DNA of 64,000 bases from an uncultured Chloroflexia bacterium (GCA_963797095.1 CAWCNY010000005.1:448001-512000), one strand, 5' to 3'; shown: positions 18,736 to 28,439, numbered from the stretch's first letter. The notes: a model not told the origin generated them from the sequence alone. A program made the numbers and translations.

Positions 18736-19854
18736 ATGATCTACATCAACAACACTCGCGCCCAATACAACTCCATCAAGGACGAAATCCTGCGCGCCAC
18801 CGAGGCGGTGATGGAGAAGAGCTACTTCATCCTGGGCGAGAACGTGGCTGCTTTCGAGCGAGAATTCGCCGACGAGTGCGGCACAAAATACGCGGTGGGC
18901 GTCGCCAACGGTACCGACGCTATAGCGCTGGCTTGCAGGGCGCTGGGGTGCGGACCGGGCGATGAGGTAGTCACATCTCCGCACACCGCCACATTCAGCG
19001 CACTTGGAATCTCCATGTCGGGCGCAACCCCCACCTTCGCCGATATCGAGCCGGACACCGGCAACATCGACCCGGCGAAGGTCGAAGCCGCCATCACCCC
19101 CCGCACGAAGGCCCTCATGCCGATCCACCTCTACGGGCAGATGGCCGACATGGACCCCATCCTCGAGATCGGCCAGCGCCACGGCATACCCGTGATCGAA
19201 GATGCAGCACAGGCCCACGGCGCGACCTACCGGGGCCGAAAATCAGGCTCCTTAGGGGCCATAGGCGCGTTCTCCTTCTACCCGACCAAGAACCTCGGCG
19301 CTTACGGCGATGGCGGCGCGCTCACTACCGACGACCCTGAGATTGCGCAGCTACTAAAAGAGATGCGCAACGGCGGGCAGCGTACCCGCTACGACCATGT
19401 GCGCCTCGGTGTGAACAGCCGCATGGACGAGCTACAGGCCGCCATCCTTCGCGTGAAGCTGCCGCACCTGGACGACTGGAACCTGGCGCGCCGCCGCAAC
19501 GCCGAACGCTACGCCAGGCTCCTGGCAGAAGCCGGCATACCCGTGCGCCCCCTCGCGATCAGAGATTACGGCGAGACGTGCATGCACCTTTATATCGTGC
19601 GCGTTCGAGCGGAAGAGCGCGACCCGTTGATCGCCCATCTGGCCGACCACGGCATCGCCGCCATGATCCACTATCCCGTGCCCGTCCATCTATCAACTGC
19701 TTACAGCTTCCTCGATCTCCCAGAAGGCTCCTACCCCCACGCCGAGAGCATGGCCCGCGAGATAATCACTCTACCAATGTACCCGGAATTGACCGCCGAG
19801 CAGGCCGGTCAAGTAGTAGATGCGCTGGTCTCATTCTATCAAGGGGATCAATGA
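18736..19854 (+). CDS. DegT/DnrJ/EryC1/StrS PLP-dependent sugar aminotransferase
   Basis: GVANGTDA, HLYGQ, IEDAAQAHG, FSFYPTKNLGAYGDGG, NSRMDELQAA. Confidence 0.93.
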   Translation: MIYINNTRAQYNSIKDEILRATEAVMEKSYFILGENVAAFEREFADECGTKYAVGVANGTDAIALACRALGCGPGDEVVTSPHTATFSALGISMSGATPTFADIEPDTGNIDPAKVEAAITPRTKALMPIHLYGQMADMDPILEIGQRHGIPVIEDAAQAHGATYRGRKSGSLGAIGAFSFYPTKNLGAYGDGGALTTDDPEIAQLLKEMRNGGQRTRYDHVRLGVNSRMDELQAAILRVKLPHLDDWNLARRRNAERYARLLAEAGIPVRPLAIRDYGETCMHLYIVRVRAEERDPLIAHLADHGIAAMIHYPVPVHLSTAYSFLDLPEGSYPHAESMAREIITLPMYPELTAEQAGQVVDALVSFYQGDQ

Positions 19855-19949
19855 GGGAATCTTGAAGCAACTTGGGAGCGCAAAGAGCCTCGAACGCGAA
19901 ATATCTCCGGTGCGCCGCCTGGTACGCCGATTTCCATACTGGAACCACT

Positions 19950-20447
19950 ATGAAACAATCTGATCCGCCCCACGAGCCGCCGAAGAACCAAATAGGTGCT
20001 GGTGCGCTTTTTCTCGATGCGTCAGGCAATATACTCATCGTCAAACCATCGTATAGAGGAGGGTAGCTGTTGCCGGGCGGCATAGTCGAAGCAGGCGAAT
20101 CGCCCTTGCAAGCGTGTATCCGCGAGGTTGCCGAGGAGGTGGGCATTACACTCCATATCGAGCAACTCCTGTGCGTAGACTATTCTCACCAATCACGCGG
20201 AAAACCGGAAAGCCTCCAATTCGTCTTCTATGGTGGAGTGTTCCCCGATCAGACGCGCATTAACCTACCAAACGGCGAGCTAATTGCATATTACTTCGTT
20301 CCCTTCGAACAAGCTCGTACTATGCTGACTGCCAGGTCGGCGCGCCGGATCGCTCGTTGCATTGACGCGTTGAACGACGGCACGACCCTCTACCTTGAGA
20401 ACGGCGAAGATGCATTTCCCGGTTCGCCCAAAACAAACAGTGTATAA
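19950..20447 (+). pseudogene. NUDIX hydrolase interrupted by an in-frame TAG
   Basis: ...LIVKPSYRGG*LLPGGIVEAGESPLQACIREVAEEVG; TAG at 20064-20066 where Trp is expected. Confidence 0.8.
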
Positions 20448-20455
20448 TTACACAC

Positions 20456-20932
20456 ATGGAACCGGAAGCCCATTTCGCGATTGCCGAGGCCGAAGAAGAC
20501 CGGCATCAAGCCCAAACAGCCGCTAAACAGAGAGGAGCTTTAAAGATGGACGCCGCCTGGTGGAGCACGTTTGGCCTGCTGATGATCGCCATGTGCCTGA
20601 CCGTTACCGGCGAACTGCTGCTCAAGTCAGGCATGAACCGCCACGGCGAGTTGAACGTCAGTTTCTCAACTCTTATCCCAACTGCGGTCAAGCTCTTTAG
20701 CAGCCCGTGGGTGGTGGGTGGCTTCGTCTTTGTGTTCAGTGGCGCCCTCTTCTGGCTGGCCGTGCTTTCTCGCTGGCCCCTCTCAATGGCCTATCCTCTC
20801 CTCTCAATAAGCTATATCATCGGCATCATCGCCTCGGTGCTCTTCCTGGGCGAAAAAGTCAACACTATCCAGGTGGTGGGTGTGCTAGTGATCATCCTCG
20901 GAGTCTTCCTGATCAGCAGGAGCAATGGATGA
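20456..20932 (+). CDS. SMR/EamA-type small membrane protein (ArnE/ArnF-like flippase)
   Basis: Four TM helices; GELLLK.G, W...LSR.PLS.AYP, FLGEKV. Confidence 0.8.
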   Translation: MEPEAHFAIAEAEEDRHQAQTAAKQRGALKMDAAWWSTFGLLMIAMCLTVTGELLLKSGMNRHGELNVSFSTLIPTAVKLFSSPWVVGGFVFVFSGALFWLAVLSRWPLSMAYPLLSISYIIGIIASVLFLGEKVNTIQVVGVLVIILGVFLISRSNG

Positions 20933-22053
20933 ACGTGGACGAAGAACGAACGACCAGGGACCCAGGATCGCAGCCCTCGGTCTCACCCACCGCTGAGCCG
21001 CGCCCTATCGCGGTCGCGCCGCACACGGGCAGGATGGCTCACCATTCGCTCAAAGAGATCCAGATGGCAACAGGCACAGTACCTCCCCAACCACAGCCTG
21101 CCCCTGTGGAAGAAAAGTCAGACGAATACACCCTTTCGGTAGTGATCCCGGCGTATAACGAGGGCGACTCGGTTGACCGTGTCATCTACAAGATCCGCGA
21201 GCTACGCCCCCTGGCCGAGATCATCGTGGTGGACGACGGCTCACGCGACGACACAGCAGATGCGGCCCGCCGGGCAGGCGCGCGCGTAATACGGCACCCT
21301 TACAACAAGGGCAACGGCGCTGCCGTCAAGACAGGCTTGCGCGCCGCCCGCGGCGATGTGGTACTCCTGCTCGACGCCGACGGTCAGCACCCCCCTGAGG
21401 ACATAAAGCGGGTGCTTGCACCGATAGGCGAATATGACCTGGTGGTGGGTGCGCGCACGCGCCAATCGCAAAGCGCCTTCATCCGCGATGTTGGCAACTC
21501 CATATTCAACAGCCTGGCAAGCTATCTGGCAGGGAGGAGCATCCCCGATCTGACATCAGGCTTCCGCGCCATGAAACGCGATATGATCATGGAGTTCATC
21601 CATCTCTTGCCCAACCTCTACTCCTACCCTACTACCAGCACCCTGGCCTTCCTTAAGGCAGGTTACAATGTTGAGTTTGTGCCTATAGTCGCTCGCAAGG
21701 GCACCGGCCGCAGCAACACCAAGATCTTCCGCGACGGCACACGCGCCATCGTGATCATCCTGCGCATTATCACCCTGTTCGCGCCCATGAAGATATTTCT
21801 GCCGTTGAGCATAATTCTGTTCCTCGGCGGCGTGGTCTACGGCCTCGCCAACATCTTCCTGGCGGGCATCAGCCGCATCCCCAACGGCTCTGTGCTCCTC
21901 ATCCTGAGCAGCCTCTTCATCTTCCTCTTCGGCCTCATCTCCGAGCAGATCGCCGCCATGCGCTTCGAGTCCAGCCAGAGGCCACGCGCCACGGGCGACG
22001 GGCCATGGTCCATTGAAGATGGACGTACAAATACCGGCAAGGATCAAAAATAG
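20929..22053 (+). CDS. GT2 glycosyltransferase (ArnC/GtrB-like) with two C-terminal TM helices
   Basis: SVVIPAYNE, VVDDGSRD, NKGNGAAVKTG, LDADGQH, DLTSGFRA. Confidence 0.9.
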   Translation: MNVDEERTTRDPGSQPSVSPTAEPRPIAVAPHTGRMAHHSLKEIQMATGTVPPQPQPAPVEEKSDEYTLSVVIPAYNEGDSVDRVIYKIRELRPLAEIIVVDDGSRDDTADAARRAGARVIRHPYNKGNGAAVKTGLRAARGDVVLLLDADGQHPPEDIKRVLAPIGEYDLVVGARTRQSQSAFIRDVGNSIFNSLASYLAGRSIPDLTSGFRAMKRDMIMEFIHLLPNLYSYPTTSTLAFLKAGYNVEFVPIVARKGTGRSNTKIFRDGTRAIVIILRIITLFAPMKIFLPLSIILFLGGVVYGLANIFLAGISRIPNGSVLLILSSLFIFLFGLISEQIAAMRFESSQRPRATGDGPWSIEDGRTNTGKDQK

Positions 22054-22140
22054 CCGAAGCAAAACCTCTGCGCCTCCGCGGCAAGACATATTCTGCATTC
22101 CGCACCTGGAATTCCGCACTCCGCATTTCTAATGACTTAA

Positions 22141-22175
22141 TCCGAAATCCGAAATCCGAAATCCGAAATCCGAAA
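22141..22175 (+). repeat. (TCCGAAA)5 heptamer tandem repeat
   Basis: Five exact units at the 5' end of the downstream flippase-like frame. Confidence 0.9.
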
Positions 22176-22245
22176 TTGGTCCCTCCGGATCGGAGGCACG
22201 GCCCTGTTTGTCGCCCTCCTCATATGGCTCGACCTGCGCGGCGAT

Positions 22246-23097
22246 TTGCGTCTCGGTGACATCTTCTCCACGCTCGGCACCGCCAACCTCCTCCTTGTTG
22301 GCCTCTCCATAGCTCTCTACGTGGGGTTTCTAACTGTGAAGGCCGAGCGCTGGCGGCTGGTATCTACCGATATGGGAATGCCCCTGACATGGGGGCAGGC
22401 ATGGCGCATCTATGCAATCGGACTGGCAGCGGGTACCTTCACACCGGGCCAGGCAGGCGATGCGCTCAAGGCGTGGTACCTGCAGCGCCTGGGCTATGGG
22501 CTGGGCCGCGCCCTCGGCAGTTCCATCCTCGACAGGCTATTCGATGTGGCCGCCCTCGCCCTACTCGGGCTGCTGGGTGTTGCCGTCTATGGCAGCAAGT
22601 TCGCGGGCCAAACCCCCGCCCTCATCGGCCTGACCCTTCTGTGCATCGGCATAGCCGCCTTCTTTGCCTACAACCGCACCCGCCGGTGGGCCGTTAACCT
22701 CTTGATACGCAGGCTGGCACGCTTCAGGGGCCAGGAGCCGGGGAGCGCGACCCAGGGACCTGGCTGGACCCTCCACCGGGCGACCATCATCAACGTAGCT
22801 CTCCTTACAGTCGCCAGTTTCACGTTCTCGATCTTCCGCGTGTGGCTGCTGGCCGCCGCCATAGGCGTAGGGCTTGGCCCACTTGAGGTATCAGGCTACG
22901 TGGGGCTGACCACCGCTGCCGCTCTCGTGCCCGTCACCGTGGGTGGCATCGGCACGCGCGACGTAGTTTCGGCCCTGGCCCTGCAACAACTAGGGTATGC
23001 GCCTGAGGTTGGCGTAGCTCTCTCTGCGCTGATCCTGCTGCTCAATCTATCGCAGGCGATCATAGGCTGGCTCGTCTGGCTGAGGTATCACAAGTGA
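22246..23097 (+). CDS. Lysylphosphatidylglycerol synthase TM-domain (UPF0104) flippase-like protein; 5' end anomalous
   Basis: KAERW, TPGQAGD..K, DRLFD, P.T.GGIGTRD; frame extends upstream to ATG-ACT-TAA at 22132. Confidence 0.8.
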   Translation: MRLGDIFSTLGTANLLLVGLSIALYVGFLTVKAERWRLVSTDMGMPLTWGQAWRIYAIGLAAGTFTPGQAGDALKAWYLQRLGYGLGRALGSSILDRLFDVAALALLGLLGVAVYGSKFAGQTPALIGLTLLCIGIAAFFAYNRTRRWAVNLLIRRLARFRGQEPGSATQGPGWTLHRATIINVALLTVASFTFSIFRVWLLAAAIGVGLGPLEVSGYVGLTTAAALVPVTVGGIGTRDVVSALALQQLGYAPEVGVALSALILLLNLSQAIIGWLVWLRYHK

Positions 23098-25136
23098 TCA
23101 CGAATTTCACAACCCAATACCTGCCTCCTCTCTTGCTGGCGGTCATCATTGCGCTGGCTGCCGTGCTCTTGCTCTACTGGCTGTCGCGTCGCGGGATTGC
23201 CACCTCGTTGTGGGGCTTTGTCGTGCGCTATCGTGGGGCGCTTGGCTTCTTGTTCGCGATTCTCTTGTTCATCGTAGCCTTCATTACATTCCTTGTACGC
23301 AAGGATGCGGTGGACCAACTTCGCAACCGCGAGGCGCAAGGCTACTTCTCCTCCTACAATCTGCTATTTGGTGCCCCTCTTATTTCAAGCCCTATCACTG
23401 CCACTCTGGAAACAGCCCAGGATAAGGGCAGCCAGATAGTGCAGGATGGCGAGTGGGCATACGGTATCGACCCGCAGTCCTCGGCGATGTCTCCAATGAT
23501 AGCTGTGAGGCCAGGCGTAAGCTACAGGTACAGCTTCTATGACGATGTCAGGGGCCCATACCTGGATGCCCAGGTGCAGGTCAGGATGCTCTGGTTCGAT
23601 CCGGCACATGATGTATTGTCCTGGAATGATTCACCTGAATGGACGGTCCCAGGCGATACTTCCTACACCAACGAGCCGCAGTTTCACACCGCCGCCTATG
23701 CAGCGCCTCCGAACGCAGCCTACCTGAGGCTTCAGATCCGTAACGCAAATCCCCTCTACTTGACACAGCCGGAGACAAGCAGCAACACAACTATCTGGAT
23801 CACGCAGCCGAAGCTATCCCCCGAAGGCATCTATGTCGAGTCCCACCCCAACGCCACCTCCGGAAGCCTTGCCTTCTCCTTCGATTGGGAAACCGCCATG
23901 GGCGGGGCCATTCACTCGAAGGGCGATGCGAACCACGACGTGGCGGGCGCTGCCCAGCACGGCCTTGATATGCGCCAGGGGGCCGGTTGGCTCAACGACC
24001 TCTTTGTGACCAACCATATCAGCGCCACCTTCTACTCCACCGGCTACAACCTGCTCGACGGCAACACCGAACATCTCACCTTCAACGGCGACCCCACGTA
24101 CACATGGGCCTCACCCAAGAACGGTTGGGGCTCTGACTACTGGCTCACCCACCCCTGGTTCAGCGACGACCCCTTCGGCACCTACCAGACCGATCCCGCC
24201 TGGTACTTCGGCGACCAGACCCGCGCCCTCCTCGCCGCCGGGCACGAAATAGGGTCCCACACCTTCGCCCACATTTATGTGCGCGGCTCCAACCCCCAGG
24301 AACTGGCAACCGACCTCGACGAGTGGATCAAATACGCTGCACTGGCGGGCGTGCCCCCACCCACCACATTCGCCTTCCCCTGGCGCAGCAGCAACTCCCT
24401 CACCAAAGAATTCTACGATGTTCTCTACGGCCGGGGCATCCGCACCGTCACACGCCTTTACGCACCCGACCTGAAAGACCTCTACACCCTCGGCAACGCG
24501 ATCGTTTACACCGACATCAAACAGGCCCAACTTTATCCTGATATGGCCGTCATGCCCGACTTCTTGCTCGGCTCCCCTTCTGCCAACGCGGGCGAGGAAG
24601 CGGGTGGCGGATCCACCACTCGCGACCAGGGCTTGAACATCATACAGGAGGTGCTGGCCCGCCGTGGCACAACCTCATTCTGGCAGCACCCAGAACAACT
24701 GGCCGACGATCCCTCGTTCGAAGGTGTGCGCGCCACCTGGACCGATGTGGTCGAGGCCGCCGCCCGCGAGCGCGACAACGGCAGGCTCTGGATCGCCACC
24801 GTGGCCGATATTACCGCCTTCCAGCATGACGTAATGAGCGTCACCTCCACCCTGCAACCGCCCGGCATATTCGGCGGCAAATGGCAAATCGAGGTCCGCA
24901 ACAACTCCGGCAAAGAGCTTCACGGCGTCACGCTCACCCTCCCCGGCGAGGCCGCTTCCGCCATAGACCAGGGCGGCACTGTCCAATCGGTGTCGCACCC
25001 CGATGCTGATGCCACGAGCCTGAGCGCGCCAGGCAAATTCGAGGGGCCATCGCGCCAGATTGTGCTATCGATCCTACAGCCGGGCACAACCACCATCGAA
25101 GTCGAGTGGGCGAAAGGGCAGGAGCCGCCACAGTGA
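23094..25136 (+). CDS. Membrane-anchored polysaccharide deacetylase (CE4/NodB-like)
   Basis: Two N-terminal TM helices; FSFDWE, ATFY, GHEIGSHTFAH, FAFP, WQHP. Confidence 0.8.
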   Translation: MITNFTTQYLPPLLLAVIIALAAVLLLYWLSRRGIATSLWGFVVRYRGALGFLFAILLFIVAFITFLVRKDAVDQLRNREAQGYFSSYNLLFGAPLISSPITATLETAQDKGSQIVQDGEWAYGIDPQSSAMSPMIAVRPGVSYRYSFYDDVRGPYLDAQVQVRMLWFDPAHDVLSWNDSPEWTVPGDTSYTNEPQFHTAAYAAPPNAAYLRLQIRNANPLYLTQPETSSNTTIWITQPKLSPEGIYVESHPNATSGSLAFSFDWETAMGGAIHSKGDANHDVAGAAQHGLDMRQGAGWLNDLFVTNHISATFYSTGYNLLDGNTEHLTFNGDPTYTWASPKNGWGSDYWLTHPWFSDDPFGTYQTDPAWYFGDQTRALLAAGHEIGSHTFAHIYVRGSNPQELATDLDEWIKYAALAGVPPPTTFAFPWRSSNSLTKEFYDVLYGRGIRTVTRLYAPDLKDLYTLGNAIVYTDIKQAQLYPDMAVMPDFLLGSPSANAGEEAGGGSTTRDQGLNIIQEVLARRGTTSFWQHPEQLADDPSFEGVRATWTDVVEAAARERDNGRLWIATVADITAFQHDVMSVTSTLQPPGIFGGKWQIEVRNNSGKELHGVTLTLPGEAASAIDQGGTVQSVSHPDADATSLSAPGKFEGPSRQIVLSILQPGTTTIEVEWAKGQEPPQ

Positions 25137-27715
25137 TCCGGCCCGGCCTCCCTCCCCTCTTCAGGAATCGCCATACCATCTCACTCTCCGCCATCCTTGT
25201 CCTCACGCTGGCGGGCCTCATAATAGCCTACCGCCTGCAATATTCCCCAACACTCGATCTCGGCTCGCCCGGCGACTCGCCGTTCCTCCAGGGCTTCTAC
25301 GCCGACGAGCCGGACATAGATTATCGTTACAGGTGGAGCACAGCCCACTCTGAGATCAGCCTGCCGGGGCTGGGAAGCGCAAAACCCTATAAGGTGAAGC
25401 TGCGCCTCCAGAGCCTGGAAATCCCGTATCCGGGCCGCCCGTTGACGGTAACGGTTGCCATCAACGGGATAAGACTGCCCCAAGATGGGGGGACCGGGCC
25501 GGGGAACGAAGAGGCAGACTCGGTTACAACCGACATTCAGACTTACACATATATGTTTGAGGACGCGCACTACATGAACGACATCAGTGCGCCCTACGTG
25601 ATTTCAATAGATACCGGCACCTATCGCCCTCCCGGCGACCCTCGCGACCTCGGCCTCAAGGTCGATTACATGACCCTGGGCCAGTTCGGGCAGGATTGGA
25701 ACTGGCCTTCTTCTTACGTGGCCCTGTGGGTGCTCCTCACGGTACTCGCCGTCTATCTACTTCTCGCAAGTTTACCCGTCACTGTCACGATGCTCCTCAC
25801 TGCGTTGGCGGGGGTGGCGCTCGATATCGCGTCCTATGTCAGCCCCTTCTATGTGGCAGCCTATCTCCCCACCGTAACCATAGCTCTTGCTGTTCTGAGC
25901 GCCCTGGTCTGGCAACGCGCGCGCATTCTCCGTGTGCTCGATCTCCTTAGCACGCAAGCTCAAACGCTTGCCGGTCGCAACGCCGCAAGCAAGCCCGATT
26001 ACGCCCGCGTCAGCATGGTCGTGGCCCTTATCCTCTTCACCGCGCTGGCACTCTGGACCATCCCGCGGGTAGTCTGGATCGGCCACGCCGACTACGCCGA
26101 AAACGCCAATGTGGCCCGCAGCTTAGTAGAAGGACGGGGCCTCACAGTCGATTACGTGGCCCAGTTCTACCAGGATCGCCCCACCATCACGCACCCCGCC
26201 GATACCTGGCCCATGCTGCAACCTCTCATGATCGCGCCTTTCTTCGCCCTGTTCGGCCCGCAGACCTGGGCCGCCAAGCTCCCCAACCTCCTGATTCTGC
26301 TGGCCCTGGCGTGGGGCGTCTTCGCCGTTGGCTCTCGCGTATGGGATCGCCGTGTTGGGCTATTGGCCGGACTGTTCACTCTTTTGCATGCCTACTTCTT
26401 CAACTCTCTCCTCTATCCGATCAACGACCTGGCCTTCACCGCCATCTTTTTCGCACTGGCCTATCTCGCTTTCCAGGCAATATATCCTGAACACCTCGCA
26501 GACGAGCAACCGCAAAGCACCTCGCGCTCCAGGCCACGTTTCCTGCCTTTCCTGCTAATCGGCGCTCTGGCGGCCCTCCTGATCTGGAGCAAGCCAACAG
26601 GGGTTGTGTTACTGGTGGGGCTGGCTCTCTGGGCGGCCTGGGGTTGGTGGGCGAACAGAAAGCAGGCAAAAGATGATCACCCCTGGGCCGATAGGCCGCG
26701 AGCTATCCCATTGCCCGGCCTCCTCGTAGCTGGAGGGGCGTTTATCATCGTCCTCCTGCCCTTGCTCGTCCGCAATATGCTCGCTTTCGGCAGCCCCTTC
26801 TACAGCACCGAAAGCTTCGACGCCTGGATATTGCGCTATTGGCCCTTCTACGAATGGGAAAACATCTACAAATATTACGTAGGCAGCGAGCTACCTCATA
26901 TCCGCTGGGTGATAGGTGGGAAGTTCGGCTACGCCAACCTGTTCGACGCGATAGGCTTCCACCTGCGGGCTGTGTGGGACAAAGGCGTTATGAACCCCAG
27001 CGGCAGCGAGTTTGTCATAGGCGTCTGGCCTCTCTTAGGCGCGCTCGTGGGCCTGCTGACCGCCCCCCGGCGATGCGTGCGCCTGGCACTTCTGGCGCTC
27101 TCCTCCATCACCCTCTACGCGGTCTTCGTGCTCCTCTACTGGCACTTCGAGGGGCGCTACTTTCAGGTTGCCATCCCCTGGCTCTATCTGCTTCTGTCAG
27201 GCGCGGTAGTATGGATCTCCGGCCTGGCTGCCCGTGCCATACGAGGTATAGCGGGGCAAGTAGCATCCACACTGCTGGTAGCGATTATGGCCGCTGCTAT
27301 CCTCTGGCCCAACGTCGAATCTATCAGCAACGAGCTTATGTACAGCACGCGCCGCACCAGTTTCACGGTCGCCATGGATTGGCTGGTAGCCAATAGCTCT
27401 CCCGACGATATTGTGATGACCCGCGATCCGTGGGAGCTAAACTGGCACTCGCGCCGCCGCGCAGTGATGATCCCCTTCGACAACCTCGATACCATTCTCA
27501 AAGTAGCCCGCGAATACGGCGTCACCATGCTGCAATTGGGCGGCCCCACCGATGGTATCGATGTGAAAACCTGTCCATCAAGCCCCAACGCGGCACACTT
27601 CCCCACAGGCTCTCGCGCCGCCCTCGGCAAGCTCTATTGTGGATATGAGATTCCCGGCTTCACCCTCCTCTACAAGAACGGCGACCTGACCATCTACAGG
27701 CTCTCAAATGAGTAG
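25133..27715 (+). CDS. GT-C (PMT_2/GT39-like) polytopic membrane glycosyltransferase
   Basis: HADYAENANVARSL..G.G, WP.LQP, many TM helices, EGRY; GTGA overlap with the deacetylase. Confidence 0.75.
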   Translation: MIRPGLPPLFRNRHTISLSAILVLTLAGLIIAYRLQYSPTLDLGSPGDSPFLQGFYADEPDIDYRYRWSTAHSEISLPGLGSAKPYKVKLRLQSLEIPYPGRPLTVTVAINGIRLPQDGGTGPGNEEADSVTTDIQTYTYMFEDAHYMNDISAPYVISIDTGTYRPPGDPRDLGLKVDYMTLGQFGQDWNWPSSYVALWVLLTVLAVYLLLASLPVTVTMLLTALAGVALDIASYVSPFYVAAYLPTVTIALAVLSALVWQRARILRVLDLLSTQAQTLAGRNAASKPDYARVSMVVALILFTALALWTIPRVVWIGHADYAENANVARSLVEGRGLTVDYVAQFYQDRPTITHPADTWPMLQPLMIAPFFALFGPQTWAAKLPNLLILLALAWGVFAVGSRVWDRRVGLLAGLFTLLHAYFFNSLLYPINDLAFTAIFFALAYLAFQAIYPEHLADEQPQSTSRSRPRFLPFLLIGALAALLIWSKPTGVVLLVGLALWAAWGWWANRKQAKDDHPWADRPRAIPLPGLLVAGGAFIIVLLPLLVRNMLAFGSPFYSTESFDAWILRYWPFYEWENIYKYYVGSELPHIRWVIGGKFGYANLFDAIGFHLRAVWDKGVMNPSGSEFVIGVWPLLGALVGLLTAPRRCVRLALLALSSITLYAVFVLLYWHFEGRYFQVAIPWLYLLLSGAVVWISGLAARAIRGIAGQVASTLLVAIMAAAILWPNVESISNELMYSTRRTSFTVAMDWLVANSSPDDIVMTRDPWELNWHSRRRAVMIPFDNLDTILKVAREYGVTMLQLGGPTDGIDVKTCPSSPNAAHFPTGSRAALGKLYCGYEIPGFTLLYKNGDLTIYRLSNE

Positions 27716-27757
27716 AGACAAGGTTGAAACCTCGTCTCTATAACAACAAAATCTACG

Positions 27758-28333
27758 TTACGCGGCCACAGGCAGCGCTTCGTCCTCAAGCTCATCATCG
27801 TCGTGGACGAGTCGCAGGACGGCTGCCGCCGGTGTGCTTGGCGGATTCGGCCCCAGGATGCGCGCATAGGCGGCCTGGCGCTTCGGCCCAAAGCCGGGCA
27901 GCTTGATCACCTCTCCGCGCCGTGCGGCATCGGCCAGTTCGGCGGGCGAGCGCACACCCAACTCTTTGTGCAGGCGTATAGCCAGCTTGGGCCCCACCCC
28001 GTGCACATTCATAAGATGGTCTACTGCGGGTGGCAGGTCTGCTCTTAGCTCCACGTAGAAGCTCATCGAGCCGTCGCGCACCAGTTCCCTGATCTTGTTA
28101 CCCAGGCGCTTGCCGAGGCCCAGCTTGGGCCACTGCTCTTCGTCGAGGGCCATCTCCAGGGCAGGTGTGCCAAGGTTCATGAAGGTCACGGCTGCCTGGC
28201 GATAGTGGGCGATCCTGTAAGGGTTGGCCCCCGCCATCTGCAAAAGCGTGGCGCAGTTGAACAGCACCTCGGATACCTGCTCGTACCCCAAAGCCGGTCT
28301 ATTGCTAATTATCTTCAAGTTACTCTTATCCAT
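27758..28333 (-). CDS. Stand-alone PolX N-terminal (8-kDa + helix-hairpin-helix) protein
   Basis: LF..ATLLQMAGANPYRIAHYRQAA, GLGKRL, VHGVGPK, LPGFGPK; no palm or PHP domain; start may be 28372. Confidence 0.8.
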   Translation of the reverse strand: MDKSNLKIISNRPALGYEQVSEVLFNCATLLQMAGANPYRIAHYRQAAVTFMNLGTPALEMALDEEQWPKLGLGKRLGNKIRELVRDGSMSFYVELRADLPPAVDHLMNVHGVGPKLAIRLHKELGVRSPAELADAARRGEVIKLPGFGPKRQAAYARILGPNPPSTPAAAVLRLVHDDDELEDEALPVAA

Positions 28334-28396
28334 CTCCAAACTCTCTTTCACGCTCTCACAACGCTCTATCATCGATACTACGGCCCCAAACAACTG

Positions 28397-28439
28397 GAAC
28401 CACCGTTCTAATTATACACGCAAAACGTCAAAATTGCAA
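28397..28439 (-). promoter_or_regulatory. Sigma-70 promoter with a LexA (SOS) box
   Basis: TTGCAA-N17-TATAAT on the minus strand (28439-28411); GAAC-CACC-GTTC at 28397-28408, at the predicted start site. Confidence 0.7.
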
